Positions 54,335-62,566 of a stretch of 64,000 nt of DNA are shown piece after piece. The stretch comes from a virus. Its lineage: Duplodnaviria; Caudoviricetes. The translations under genes were made by a program, and so were the position numbers. Under the pieces are notes generated by a model, which had not been told where the DNA came from, searched no databases, and saw only the letters and a list, made by a program, of their open reading frames with translations. The stretch spans positions 64,001 through 128,000 of IMG/VR virus record IMGVR_UViG_3300036987_000310; one strand, written 5' to 3'. The first letter of the stretch is position 1. Each line of letters opens with the position of its first letter.

Positions 54335-54667
54335 TCACAACCTGTGACCGAATGTTTTTTCCGTCATTAAATTTGTTACCAGCGCAGCATTGCAGTCTTC
54401 GGGCGTTCCAGAGTTTTCAAGGTCCCCGCGTTCCGGGGTTTTGCATACGTGGTTGCCGGTGCGACTGCAGATGGTCCACGTTTCGCTACCGCATACTGAG
54501 CACTGCCACAACTTCGTGTCGTTATGCAAAACTTTGACGAAACGCCAATCGTGTTTTGTTTTGATTTCTTCGTAAGAAATGGGAACGACGACCTCTTGAG
54601 CCTCTCCGTCCTGTTCAAAGTTCAGGAGAGCATCATATCTGTTCAAGAGGTCGTCGTGTTTGGTCAT
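54335..54667 (-). CDS. Zn-ribbon protein
   Basis: WQCSVCG...ICSRTGNHVC...DCNAALVTNLMTE; ATGA overlap with the vWA gene stop. Confidence 0.55.
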   Translation of the reverse strand: MTKHDDLLNRYDALLNFEQDGEAQEVVVPISYEEIKTKHDWRFVKVLHNDTKLWQCSVCGSETWTICSRTGNHVCKTPERGDLENSGTPEDCNAALVTNLMTEKTFGHRL

Positions 54668-56550
54668 GCGGCCCAAGTGGGTTTGCAGAGAAGATCTTGC
54701 TTCAATATGGTATCAACGAGCGTGACGCGCGGAACCGCGACAGCCCGAGCCGTCGCGCCGACTGGAGTTGCTGCGACGAGCGCACGAATCGTACGAGGAA
54801 TCGCGTACGGATCTGCGAATGTTGCTTCGTCAATCATGAAGCATGGAATCCCGAGTCGGGCCGCGGTGTCGCGAACTGCGGACCCATACCCTCCTAAGTT
54901 GACGACTCCGTACATCATGCCTCCTCCAACCTTCACAAAGCCGAAAGCCATGGGGCGAAGTTCGGACGTGTTGACGTCATTCTCAAACGACGACGCTTGT
55001 TCATCTCCAACAAAGATGAACAAGCTGTCTTCGTCGTCGCCAGGCTTGTGGGCCTTCAAGGCGCGGATCCCGGCTCCATAGTCGGTTCCGCCTCCAGCGC
55101 GAATGCCCTTGAAGGCGTTCTCCACTCCAGCTGCAGAGGGGTGGCGGATCTGAAGCTCGCGCCCCTGCGTGTTGAAAATGGACACGTGCACTTTGTCCGG
55201 CGGGAACCCCTGAAGGAATTTTGCGACGTGAGATTTGGCAGCCTCAATCGCATTTTCCATCGACCCAGAGACGTCCACCATGAAGTACACGCGCATGCCC
55301 TTCATAGTTTCTTCGACCGCCTTTTGCAGAGCCCCGTCGGCTGCTTCTTGCAGCTTTTCCTGAGTCTCCTTAGACTTGACGCGGTTGGCGATGTTGGCCG
55401 CCCGCATGTCTTCAGCGTTTTTGACAGCTTTGTTCCACCTGTCTTTGACGTCTTGGACCTCTAGCAGCCCAAGCTCCTCGAGAGTCGGCGTGTAGATGAT
55501 CAAGTCCTTGTCGGACAGAGACTTGGCTTCAATTGCTGCGGCCATGACGGCGCGCGTGACCCCGACCTCTTTCGGAAGAAGTCCGACGACCCGCTTGAAA
55601 TTCGGCTTTTCACGAACGATCTTTTCGCAGATCTGTTCTTCCGTCATTCCTTCCCAAGTTTCGGCTGCAGCCATTTCCTGACCGATTGCGAGCTGGCGCC
55701 TGCCGTCTTTTGCCTGCGCCTGCTTCCAGCGCAGAATCTCAAAGAATTTCGTCGTTTCAGGCTTATATCCGACGCAACGCGAAAGCTCCATGACAGTGGA
55801 TCGGAAGCCTGCTTTCACGAGGCCTTCGAGAAGCTTCGTGTTCTGCTCTCGATGTCTCAGCCACTTCTCCACGGCCTTGTCCCATCGGCCGTAAAATGGC
55901 CGACGAGCTGACCTCCCAAATCCAAGCTCGCGATTGACAGCCGCCACCCCTGGAAGGGAAAGCAGATCGTGGACGCGCAAGAGAAGCTTCGGATTGAAGT
56001 CCTTTCCGTCCTTGCGAGAAAGAAGAAGCATGGCCTCGCCAACGTCACGATAGTCTTCATCGTAAAATGCGACTTTTCCGCCGTCGACAACCGAGTCCCC
56101 CTTGCGGGACTGGCACAGCATGAACGCAGCCAGAACAACTTTCAAGTCGCGATGCTCCTGACCGAAAGCATACGACGCCCACCGAGCTGCGAATTCGTTG
56201 TCGAGCTTCCAGACTTCGGCGACTTGCGTGTACATCCAAACTGCCACTTCCGGAAACAGGCCGGCCGGCCTATACTCCCCAACGATGTTCGCGCCTTCTT
56301 TCACTTTCCCATCATCTTGAAGAACGCCTAGACGAGTGCGCACAGACTTCTTTCCCTGCTTGGAAAGCTTGTACACAATTTTTTGCTTCGGATCGCCTTC
56401 TTCTTTGTGGGTGACAGGTTCCCATCTGACGCCGACGTTGAAACGGTTATCGGCGACTACGATGCCAGGGCGGTTGTGGACCGCGTGGTCCGTGTAGCCG
56501 AGAAGCGTTTGAATAATTCTCTCTGCCGGTCCTAGATTTTCTTTGTCCAT
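54664..56550 (-). CDS. Ro60/TROVE-like protein: helical N-terminal region + C-terminal vWA domain
   Basis: MIDAS VDVSGSM...GGTDY...VGDE; about 400-aa basic helical N-terminal region as in the TROVE+vWA architecture; lies between rtcB and the Y-like RNA array. The vWA call is firm; TROVE is inferred. Confidence 0.65.
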   Translation of the reverse strand: MDKENLGPAERIIQTLLGYTDHAVHNRPGIVVADNRFNVGVRWEPVTHKEEGDPKQKIVYKLSKQGKKSVRTRLGVLQDDGKVKEGANIVGEYRPAGLFPEVAVWMYTQVAEVWKLDNEFAARWASYAFGQEHRDLKVVLAAFMLCQSRKGDSVVDGGKVAFYDEDYRDVGEAMLLLSRKDGKDFNPKLLLRVHDLLSLPGVAAVNRELGFGRSARRPFYGRWDKAVEKWLRHREQNTKLLEGLVKAGFRSTVMELSRCVGYKPETTKFFEILRWKQAQAKDGRRQLAIGQEMAAAETWEGMTEEQICEKIVREKPNFKRVVGLLPKEVGVTRAVMAAAIEAKSLSDKDLIIYTPTLEELGLLEVQDVKDRWNKAVKNAEDMRAANIANRVKSKETQEKLQEAADGALQKAVEETMKGMRVYFMVDVSGSMENAIEAAKSHVAKFLQGFPPDKVHVSIFNTQGRELQIRHPSAAGVENAFKGIRAGGGTDYGAGIRALKAHKPGDDEDSLFIFVGDEQASSFENDVNTSELRPMAFGFVKVGGGMMYGVVNLGGYGSAVRDTAARLGIPCFMIDEATFADPYAIPRTIRALVAATPVGATARAVAVPRVTLVDTILKQDLLCKPTWAA

Positions 56551-56566
56551 AGTCTTCGTCTCCCAA

Positions 56567-56583
56567 GCCCGCGCTGGGCGGGC
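56567..56583 (-). promoter_or_regulatory. Hairpin in 5' leader of the vWA/Ro-like gene
   Basis: GACTC-GCCCGC-CCAGC-GCGGGC, just before the SD GGGAG. Confidence 0.55.
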
Positions 56584-56649
56584 GAGTCATGCCGGGTTTA
56601 CACTCGGCAGGTTTGAATTTCCGCTAAACGTTTTTTGTCAAAGATTTGC

Positions 56650-56973
56650 ATGGCCCCAGATCAACTCGCCGCTGCCCTGCGCGCTGTTGCCGCAAAGATT
56701 GACAACTCCAAAGAGCCTTCAAAGGAGCTCGTGGCGGATGCCATAAAGCATTTGATCGCAGGGGTGGAAAAAGTGGACATCGCCCCGCCTTTTGTCACGC
56801 CCGCAGAAGATGCCGGGGTTGTCACGAATCCCGAAACGAGGGTTAACAATCCCGTAAACCCACCATCTCCAATTAAGCGGCAAGAGCCTTGCGACCATTA
56901 TCGCTTGGTCAGGGAAGGTGGTCGGTGTCCTAACTGTGGAGAATACTTCAAACCGAATTTCGGCAATTTCTGA
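56650..56973 (+). CDS. Hypothetical protein, N-terminal paralog of 62844-63269, C-terminal Zn ribbon
   Basis: MAPDQLAAALRAVAAKIDNSKEPSKELVADAI; CPNCG. Confidence 0.65.
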   Translation: MAPDQLAAALRAVAAKIDNSKEPSKELVADAIKHLIAGVEKVDIAPPFVTPAEDAGVVTNPETRVNNPVNPPSPIKRQEPCDHYRLVREGGRCPNCGEYFKPNFGNF

Positions 56974-57077
56974 TCATGAGTTTGGCTGGCGAATGGAGAC
57001 GCCAGATTCGAACTGGAGCCGGATTTGCTACCTGTGCCTCGCCGTGTCGAGGACTCGTCTTCATTCGCCAGCCAAAC

Positions 57078-57422
57078 TCACATCTCCATCATTTCTTCAA
57101 ACTTGAGAATGTTGTCAAGCTCCGCTTCGAAAAAGCAGAATTTGAACGCTATCGCATGAAGCCCGGAGGAACTGGGGAAGTTGCATCTTTCCACAAGCCT
57201 CTTTCTCAAGTGGTCGGGGACATCTTTCCCAACATTGATGAATGACATCATCCCGACTATTTGAAATGACAGCCATGCTTTATCTCCCACAGCTGGGGAC
57301 CCGTCGCTGTTTGTTTTTTCGGGGGGATCGTGGGGCCACCTGAATGAGTGCCCGCACCGGGAACATGCCCACGTGTCTCCTTCAAGCTCCCAATTGTGAT
57401 CTGATTCTTTCAACACATCCAC
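57078..57422 (-). CDS. Zn-ribbon protein with C-terminal tag (FEEMMEM)
   Basis: GTG start after TATAAT-N4; WACSRCG. Confidence 0.55.
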   Translation of the reverse strand: MDVLKESDHNWELEGDTWACSRCGHSFRWPHDPPEKTNSDGSPAVGDKAWLSFQIVGMMSFINVGKDVPDHLRKRLVERCNFPSSSGLHAIAFKFCFFEAELDNILKFEEMMEM

Positions 57423-57427
57423 GGTGA

Positions 57428-57832
57428 TTATACCTGAAACCAAACATATGGCACGGACCCAGGAAGCGCGAACCACGCGTCCCGCGGAAGGCAGTATCCG
57501 GCAAGGCCCAAGCCGATTGCCAAGCACATGAAGGCTTCCACCGACCTGTGCTCGCCCCATTGGCTTCCATTTCTGTCGTAGCACAGTTCCAGGAACGAGG
57601 CCCCATCGCCTTTGCCCCTCATGAACTTGTCTGAAACAATTTCCATCATCAACGCGACGACCGGTTTTCTCAGGGCCTCAAGACGCCCGGGATGCAACGC
57701 GAATGTTCTCACGACGCCTTGCACGATAACGGCGTCTTTCGGAGGCTTCCCGTCAACAACTTCGCTTTCCCGGAACAGGACCCCGTGCTCGTCGTTCACA
57801 TACATGTCTTCCACTCTTTCAGAAAGCTCCAT
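57428..57832 (-). CDS. Hypothetical protein
   Basis: 134 aa; FLELCYDRNGSQWGEH; SD GGAGGA. Confidence 0.6.
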   Translation of the reverse strand: MELSERVEDMYVNDEHGVLFRESEVVDGKPPKDAVIVQGVVRTFALHPGRLEALRKPVVALMMEIVSDKFMRGKGDGASFLELCYDRNGSQWGEHRSVEAFMCLAIGLGLAGYCLPRDAWFALPGSVPYVWFQV

Positions 57833-58291
57833 TCAGTCCTCCATCGTCACAACGACCAGTCGCATGTTGACCAACGCTGTGATTTGATCTATCGTCATTC
57901 CTGAATCGAATGCTTCGTCAATGGATTTTGTCAACGTTGACAAAATTTGTTGCTGAGTTTTCGGAGCAAATGCGAAAACTGGGTTGTTATCGATTCCCAT
58001 AATCCACGAGTGTTGTGACAACACATCTTCTCGTATCCTTGCATCCGTCAAAGGCTCAATTTTCCACCAAGCTCCGTGGAGCTTTACGGATTCGCCATGG
58101 GGGCGCATCCCAGTGTGATGCGACGTCATGGGCGCCGCAATCCATAGGACCGTCGGCCCTTCGTTCATCACCGTCGCATTCCAGTCACGGAACTCCACTG
58201 GATCGAGGTCAGCAACTTCGTAGTTTTCTTCCCACCATTTTGGAATGGATTGGGATGGCAAACTGTGCAAGAAGCGTTGGGAGCTGCTCAT
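57833..58291 (-). CDS. Hypothetical protein
   Basis: 152 aa, ATGA-coupled; ends VVVTMED. Confidence 0.55.
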   Translation of the reverse strand: MSSSQRFLHSLPSQSIPKWWEENYEVADLDPVEFRDWNATVMNEGPTVLWIAAPMTSHHTGMRPHGESVKLHGAWWKIEPLTDARIREDVLSQHSWIMGIDNNPVFAFAPKTQQQILSTLTKSIDEAFDSGMTIDQITALVNMRLVVVTMED

Positions 58292-59079
58292 TGCACGACC
58301 TCTTTTAGTTTTGAATACAGAACCTTTGGGTCAGTGCGGGATAGACCAGACATTTGCCCATCGTTCAGTTCAATCACGATCCATTTGCCAGACTGTGTTC
58401 TGGCAACATCCACAACGTAAAACCTGGCAGAGTCCCCAATCCTAGTGATGACTTCTTGAAGAAACGAGGCCGGAACCGAGCTCGGGTCAGGACAACCGCC
58501 CGGGATGTCGTCTTCATAATTTGACCAGTAAAACCCGCCACACAAAACTTGTTTGTCGCAAACGAAAAACCTATATTCTTCAGCCACAGGCATTCCTTGA
58601 AGCCCATCCATCAATTTAACAAGCGGAACATACTCGCGTGCATAAATGTGTTGATCGCATATAAGGCCGTCGTCCATGAGGCGGCATGCAACTTCAACAG
58701 CGTCCCGCTTGCTTTGCGCAAACATGTGGGTTTTCCATTGGAACTTTTTCGAATTCGTGGCACCTTTGACAACAAACGGACCCGCGTTGTCAGGAATGTC
58801 CTGAAGCCGCCTCCAAGTGCGGGGCGTCAAATCGCCCAAATCGTCCACCCAGTTCCCCAAGTCAGCAATATATGAATGTTGTCGAAAGCTGTTGATGAGC
58901 TTGGATCCGAAGTCATCCAGCTCTTGCTCCAGCTCGCGGTAAAATGGCAAAACGCTGTACCTTCCAATCACCAACGATTCTCGGGGAATGCGAGACCGCA
59001 GTTCCACAAGTTTGAAGTGGGGCGCAACTGCGGCCGTTTCTTCAGGGCACATGCCCCGAGCAAGCACTATCGATTGCAT
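58288..59079 (-). CDS. ATP-grasp protein (R2K-clade-like)
   Basis: LVIGRYSVLPFY, FVVKGATNSKK, YAREYV, EEYRFFV, FYVVDVA...WIVIELNDGQMSG (E-x-N). Start re-assigned to ATG 59079. Confidence 0.8.
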   Translation of the reverse strand: MQSIVLARGMCPEETAAVAPHFKLVELRSRIPRESLVIGRYSVLPFYRELEQELDDFGSKLINSFRQHSYIADLGNWVDDLGDLTPRTWRRLQDIPDNAGPFVVKGATNSKKFQWKTHMFAQSKRDAVEVACRLMDDGLICDQHIYAREYVPLVKLMDGLQGMPVAEEYRFFVCDKQVLCGGFYWSNYEDDIPGGCPDPSSVPASFLQEVITRIGDSARFYVVDVARTQSGKWIVIELNDGQMSGLSRTDPKVLYSKLKEVVQ

Positions 59080-59153
59080 AACAACAATTACAGCAAAGAC
59101 AGCTACCACCGATATGCGTCGCTGGTCGGCGAGGGCAACTCTAATCAGCCCCT

Positions 59154-59405
59154 TCAAATCATTCCAGGCTCGTGCCACCGGTCGTTTTCGTTGTCCCAAT
59201 GCCGGACGTCATATAAATTGATGTCGAACATCAGGTATGCTACCTGCCACGACAGATCGATGCCCGCATGGTCGCCCTTGGTGGAAGCGCGAAACCGGAG
59301 GTATAGGTCCGGTGCGTGCTCCGGCCACCAGCTGAGTTGTGCTGACAAGGATTTGTGCCTCGTCAACTCCAAGTCGAGACACAGGTCGCGATTCTTGCGC
59401 AGCAT
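59154..59405 (-). CDS. Hypothetical protein
   Basis: 83 aa; DHAGIDL...NLYDVRHWD. Confidence 0.55.
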   Translation of the reverse strand: MLRKNRDLCLDLELTRHKSLSAQLSWWPEHAPDLYLRFRASTKGDHAGIDLSWQVAYLMFDINLYDVRHWDNENDRWHEPGMI

Positions 59406-59406
59406 C

Positions 59407-60816
59407 TCAGTCGGATCCCTTTATGCTGGCCAAGGGGTAGAGCCGCCGCTCGACGCGCGCCACTCCGGCCTTTTGCAACACCGCGAGCACTGCGTCGAGG
59501 CTCTTGTACACGTGGGCGCATTCGTCCAACGGCACGTGCTTGGTGTTGCCGACAATGCCTTCCACTGCCACGGAGCCAAACTGGCGCTTGACTTGGCGCA
59601 TCTCGTCGTCTATGCGCAGTTGCTTGTGCTCGAACTTGCGCTTGGCCGCGCCCCGAGCCAAAATGCGCCCCGATCCGTGGTTGACCGAGCATGCCCAGGC
59701 ATGCGCGCCGTCCAGAGGCGTCAGCACCGCTGCGCCTTCGAACATGCTGCCGGGAACGATGATTGGGTGCCCCACAGCCGCCCATCTCAGCTGGTTCGCG
59801 ATGTCCGGATGGCCCGCCGGCATGGCGCGCGTCGCGCCCTTCCGGTGCACTAGACCGCGCTTTGTCGTCCCGTCTGGCAGCACCAGCGTCTCCTCCTGGA
59901 TTAGATTGTGCGAGATTTCGTAGTAGACTTCGGCATCAACTCCAAACTGCTCCTGGAACGCGCGGCGCACGGAGGCGGCCATGGCATGGCGGTTGGCAAT
60001 CGCGTAATTGGCTGCCGAGTTGTGATGCGCCCAGTATTGCTTGCCCGTTGGCTCTTCAATGGATAGCCACGCTTCGCCGCGGCGTTTTGACGACCAGCCT
60101 CGGACCCTGGCTGCTTCGTAGAAGAAGTGCTCTGCGGTCTGGTATCCGTAGCCGCGCGAGCCTGAGTGGATCATGACCCACAGCGAGCCGTCGGCCTCGT
60201 CGCCTTGCAGTTCGATGAAGTGGTTTCCGCCGCCGAGCGATCCGAGCTGAGCCGCGGCCTTGCTCCAGGCACGCTCGATCAGCTTGAAGTTGGTGCCGTC
60301 CGCCACGGGGAGCTTCACTCGCTCGCACGAGTTCGGCAGCACGTCCAAGGGCTCTCCGCCGTTCTGCATGATTTCGAGCAGGGTTTCCTCGCTGAATTCG
60401 GGCATGAGCTTCGGCCTGTTCATTCCGATCCCGACGGCGACGCGCTTCTCGACTTCCGAAATCCAGCGCTCGCGCGGGTACCGATTCTTGAAGTGCCCGG
60501 CAGTCAGACCATCCACCCGCATCAGCAGCATACCGCAGCTGATGTCGTACCCGCTTGCTGCCATCACGAGCGTGCCGTCGGTGACGAGCACGCATCCAAC
60601 AGGAACCGAGTATCCTGAGTGCGAGTCGGGCATGAGGTATGCGCCGGTCACGCCTTCGTACGAGGCGGCGTACATCAGCTGATTCCACACCTCCTCTTCG
60701 GAGGCCGCATACAGCTCGTCCGACAAGAACGCGTGGCCGTCCACCTTCATTGTCTTGGTTTTCGCCAAAACGTAATGACCGTCGTCGAGACGTTGTGCTG
60801 CATATTTGAGCGACAT
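59407..60816 (-). CDS. rtcB: RNA ligase RtcB
   Basis: MPDSHSGY..PVG, GYDISCGM, GSLGGGNHFIE, HSGSRGYG, HNLI, HRKGAT, PGSM, HGSGR, LDECAHVYK. Confidence 0.96.
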   Translation of the reverse strand: MSLKYAAQRLDDGHYVLAKTKTMKVDGHAFLSDELYAASEEEVWNQLMYAASYEGVTGAYLMPDSHSGYSVPVGCVLVTDGTLVMAASGYDISCGMLLMRVDGLTAGHFKNRYPRERWISEVEKRVAVGIGMNRPKLMPEFSEETLLEIMQNGGEPLDVLPNSCERVKLPVADGTNFKLIERAWSKAAAQLGSLGGGNHFIELQGDEADGSLWVMIHSGSRGYGYQTAEHFFYEAARVRGWSSKRRGEAWLSIEEPTGKQYWAHHNSAANYAIANRHAMAASVRRAFQEQFGVDAEVYYEISHNLIQEETLVLPDGTTKRGLVHRKGATRAMPAGHPDIANQLRWAAVGHPIIVPGSMFEGAAVLTPLDGAHAWACSVNHGSGRILARGAAKRKFEHKQLRIDDEMRQVKRQFGSVAVEGIVGNTKHVPLDECAHVYKSLDAVLAVLQKAGVARVERRLYPLASIKGSD

Positions 60817-60918
60817 GTTATTTTCTTTCAAGAGCTCGTTCAAGTAGCTGTCGGATCAGAGTTGGTCAATTACACCTCGTAAAAGTATGAAACTCACACG
60901 AACGATGTAAACTTCGGC

Positions 60919-61329
60919 ATGAGACTCCTGCTTGTAGACAAAGATGGAAAGCTTCAAGCCGAGCTGGACGCACCTTCTGTGCCTTCCGCGGTGATTCACC
61001 GTTGTCGGGCGTGGATGAGGGACGAGACCCGTCCAGACAACGTATATCAGGAAGTAACCACCTGGCCACTTCCTCCTGAGGAAAGATATGGCCCTTATCC
61101 CCAGCAAACCAGATGGTTTGAACTTCGGGAGAAGTTCGGGGAAAAGGGTGCGTACAAAGAGCTCGCCCGAAGGATGCGGCAAGTGGCCGACCATTTAGAC
61201 AAACTCTCCGAGAAGGGAGGATGGCCGGACGTCTTCGGATGCGAATACCCGGCCGCTGAGCCTATGTGCTCAGACGGCCATTTCATCGACGGGATCGGAG
61301 TGACGCTGTCGTTTCCGTGGCCGGGGTGA
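60919..61329 (+). CDS. Hypothetical protein
   Basis: 136 aa; TG-TAAACT-N5-ATG upstream. Confidence 0.55.
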   Translation: MRLLLVDKDGKLQAELDAPSVPSAVIHRCRAWMRDETRPDNVYQEVTTWPLPPEERYGPYPQQTRWFELREKFGEKGAYKELARRMRQVADHLDKLSEKGGWPDVFGCEYPAAEPMCSDGHFIDGIGVTLSFPWPG

Positions 61330-61416
61330 TGGCGGAAGTCAGCCGAGTCGAACGGCATGGTGTGACCCACGCACCGGTTAGCAGCCGGGCCTCGCGCCGC
61401 CGCGAGATTGACTTCC
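61330..61416 (-). tRNA. tRNA-Ser(GCT)
   Basis: GGAAGTC/GACTTCC-G-CCA; anticodon CCGG-CT-GCT-AA-CCGG; long variable arm; T loop TTCGACT. Confidence 0.85.
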
Positions 61417-61417
61417 A

Positions 61418-61502
61418 TGGCGGAGAATAGTCGAATCGAACGACCAGCCTTGCGGCTGCTCCGGTGTTCGGGACCGGTTGCCCACCTTGAGCAGTATCCT
61501 CC
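61418..61502 (-). tRNA. tRNA-Ser(CGA)
   Basis: GGAGGAT/ATTCTCC-G-CCA; anticodon CCGGT-CC-CGA-AC-ACCGG (C33); variable arm CAGCC(GCAA)GGCTG. Confidence 0.85.
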
Positions 61503-61759
61503 TAACGAGATTTATGGGCTTCACAAACCCAGCGAACTCTTCCGCGATTGTTTACGCCCCAATTCCTGCCGGTGGCAGTTTCACGACAAGAACGGGCAGA
61601 GCACAAAAGAATTTGCACGTTAGAGAAACCGCGGTCCCTGCCCGTGAAGCCGTTCAGCCTCGCTAACCCTATGCTTTTGCACAATCGACACTGCTTATAC
61701 CTGGTTGGATCTACTCCCCCAGGCAAATCGGTGAACGGTTCCCATTCATGATTACACAT
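61502..61759 (-). CDS. Small Cys/His-rich protein
   Basis: CNH...CRLC...CSARSC...VCEAH. Confidence 0.5.
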   Translation of the reverse strand: MCNHEWEPFTDLPGGVDPTRYKQCRLCKSIGLARLNGFTGRDRGFSNVQILLCSARSCRETATGRNWGVNNRGRVRWVCEAHKSR

Positions 61760-61762
61760 CCT

Positions 61763-61972
61763 TCAGCTGTTCCTTTTCGGAAACCCGAGCGCGTTTTTCT
61801 TGCCACGTTTGGAAGTTAAAGCAGCCTTTTGCTGCTTGATGCTTCCAACACTTGCACAAGAGACACCCGGCCCGATTACCCTTCGGTCGCCTGCGCTTAT
61901 GGTTTGCCATTGTGACCTCCTTGCCGCCACCAGCGGCGCGGCTATGGTCACAATTTCGTTCGCTCTACACAT
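61763..61972 (-). CDS. Small hypothetical protein
   Basis: 69-aa ORF overlapping the upstream stop. Confidence 0.35.
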   Translation of the reverse strand: MCRANEIVTIAAPLVAARRSQWQTISAGDRRVIGPGVSCASVGSIKQQKAALTSKRGKKNALGFPKRNS

Positions 61973-62330
61973 CGTGTATTTCTTGAATTATGCAAGATTT
62001 TGTTTCACAAAAATCTTCGATGTGCTCCCCACATCGAAGACAGAATGAATGGATTGCGCCGACGCGATCTTCTATGCGCATAATGCCAATGCGCTCCGGG
62101 ACTGGGTTTTTCTTGGTGTTGACGTACACCGGCAGGCCGAAAAGCGTTCCCATCATTCCTATGCGCAAGAGCTCCCCGTGTGTTTCGATATCCAGGTGTT
62201 TTCTGCCAAACTTTCTGATGTGCGCATAGTCTGCGATGTGCATTCTAATTATCGCCGGGAAGACTTTTTTGTCTTCGAGCTTTTCCAGAACGTCGCAAAC
62301 AAACTCCAACGACAAAACATACTCAGACAT
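61965..62330 (-). CDS. Protein resembling a capsid P-domain fragment + Zn ribbon + C-terminal tag (IQEIHDV)
   Basis: IRMHIADYAHIRK...ELLRIGMMGTLFGLPVYV; CLRCG...C...C. Start moved to ATG 62330 because 62335-62417 is a tRNA. Confidence 0.55.
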   Translation of the reverse strand: MSEYVLSLEFVCDVLEKLEDKKVFPAIIRMHIADYAHIRKFGRKHLDIETHGELLRIGMMGTLFGLPVYVNTKKNPVPERIGIMRIEDRVGAIHSFCLRCGEHIEDFCETKSCIIQEIHDV

Positions 62331-62334
62331 GTAG

Positions 62335-62417
62335 CAGAGGGATGAGGACTCGAACCCCAGCGGTTTCCCGCCCATCTGTTTTCAAGACAGCGCCGGTCCC
62401 TGACCGGTTACCCCTCT
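62335..62417 (-). tRNA. tRNA-Ser(TGA)
   Basis: AGAGGGG/TCCCTCT-G; D hairpin CCGGTC-AGG-GACCGG; CTGT-CT-TGA-AA-ACAG; variable arm GCGG(GAAA)CCGC; no encoded CCA. Confidence 0.85.
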
Positions 62418-62420
62418 AAG

Positions 62421-62558
62421 TCAAGACTCCATCAAGTCCTTCACCATTTGGATTCGCATCCGGATGCGTGATAATTTCTTGTTTGCACCGCATGCAAATC
62501 CAATCGGTCCACTGCCCGCCATATTTGGACATGGACGCGACAAGAATTCATGGACCAT
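62421..62558 (-). CDS. 45-aa protein with C-terminal tag (VKDLMES)
   Basis: MVHEFLSRPCPNMAGSGPIGFACG...QMVKDLMES*. Confidence 0.45.
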   Translation of the reverse strand: MVHEFLSRPCPNMAGSGPIGFACGANKKLSRIRMRIQMVKDLMES

Positions 62559-62566
62559 GTTTGCAA

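Noticed and set aside
45608-62417. Suppressor or selenocysteine tRNAs / stop-codon recoding
   Set aside because: The anticodons read TAA (Leu) and TGA (Ser), not TTA, CTA or TCA. Long genes end cleanly at TAA, TAG and TGA under the standard code.
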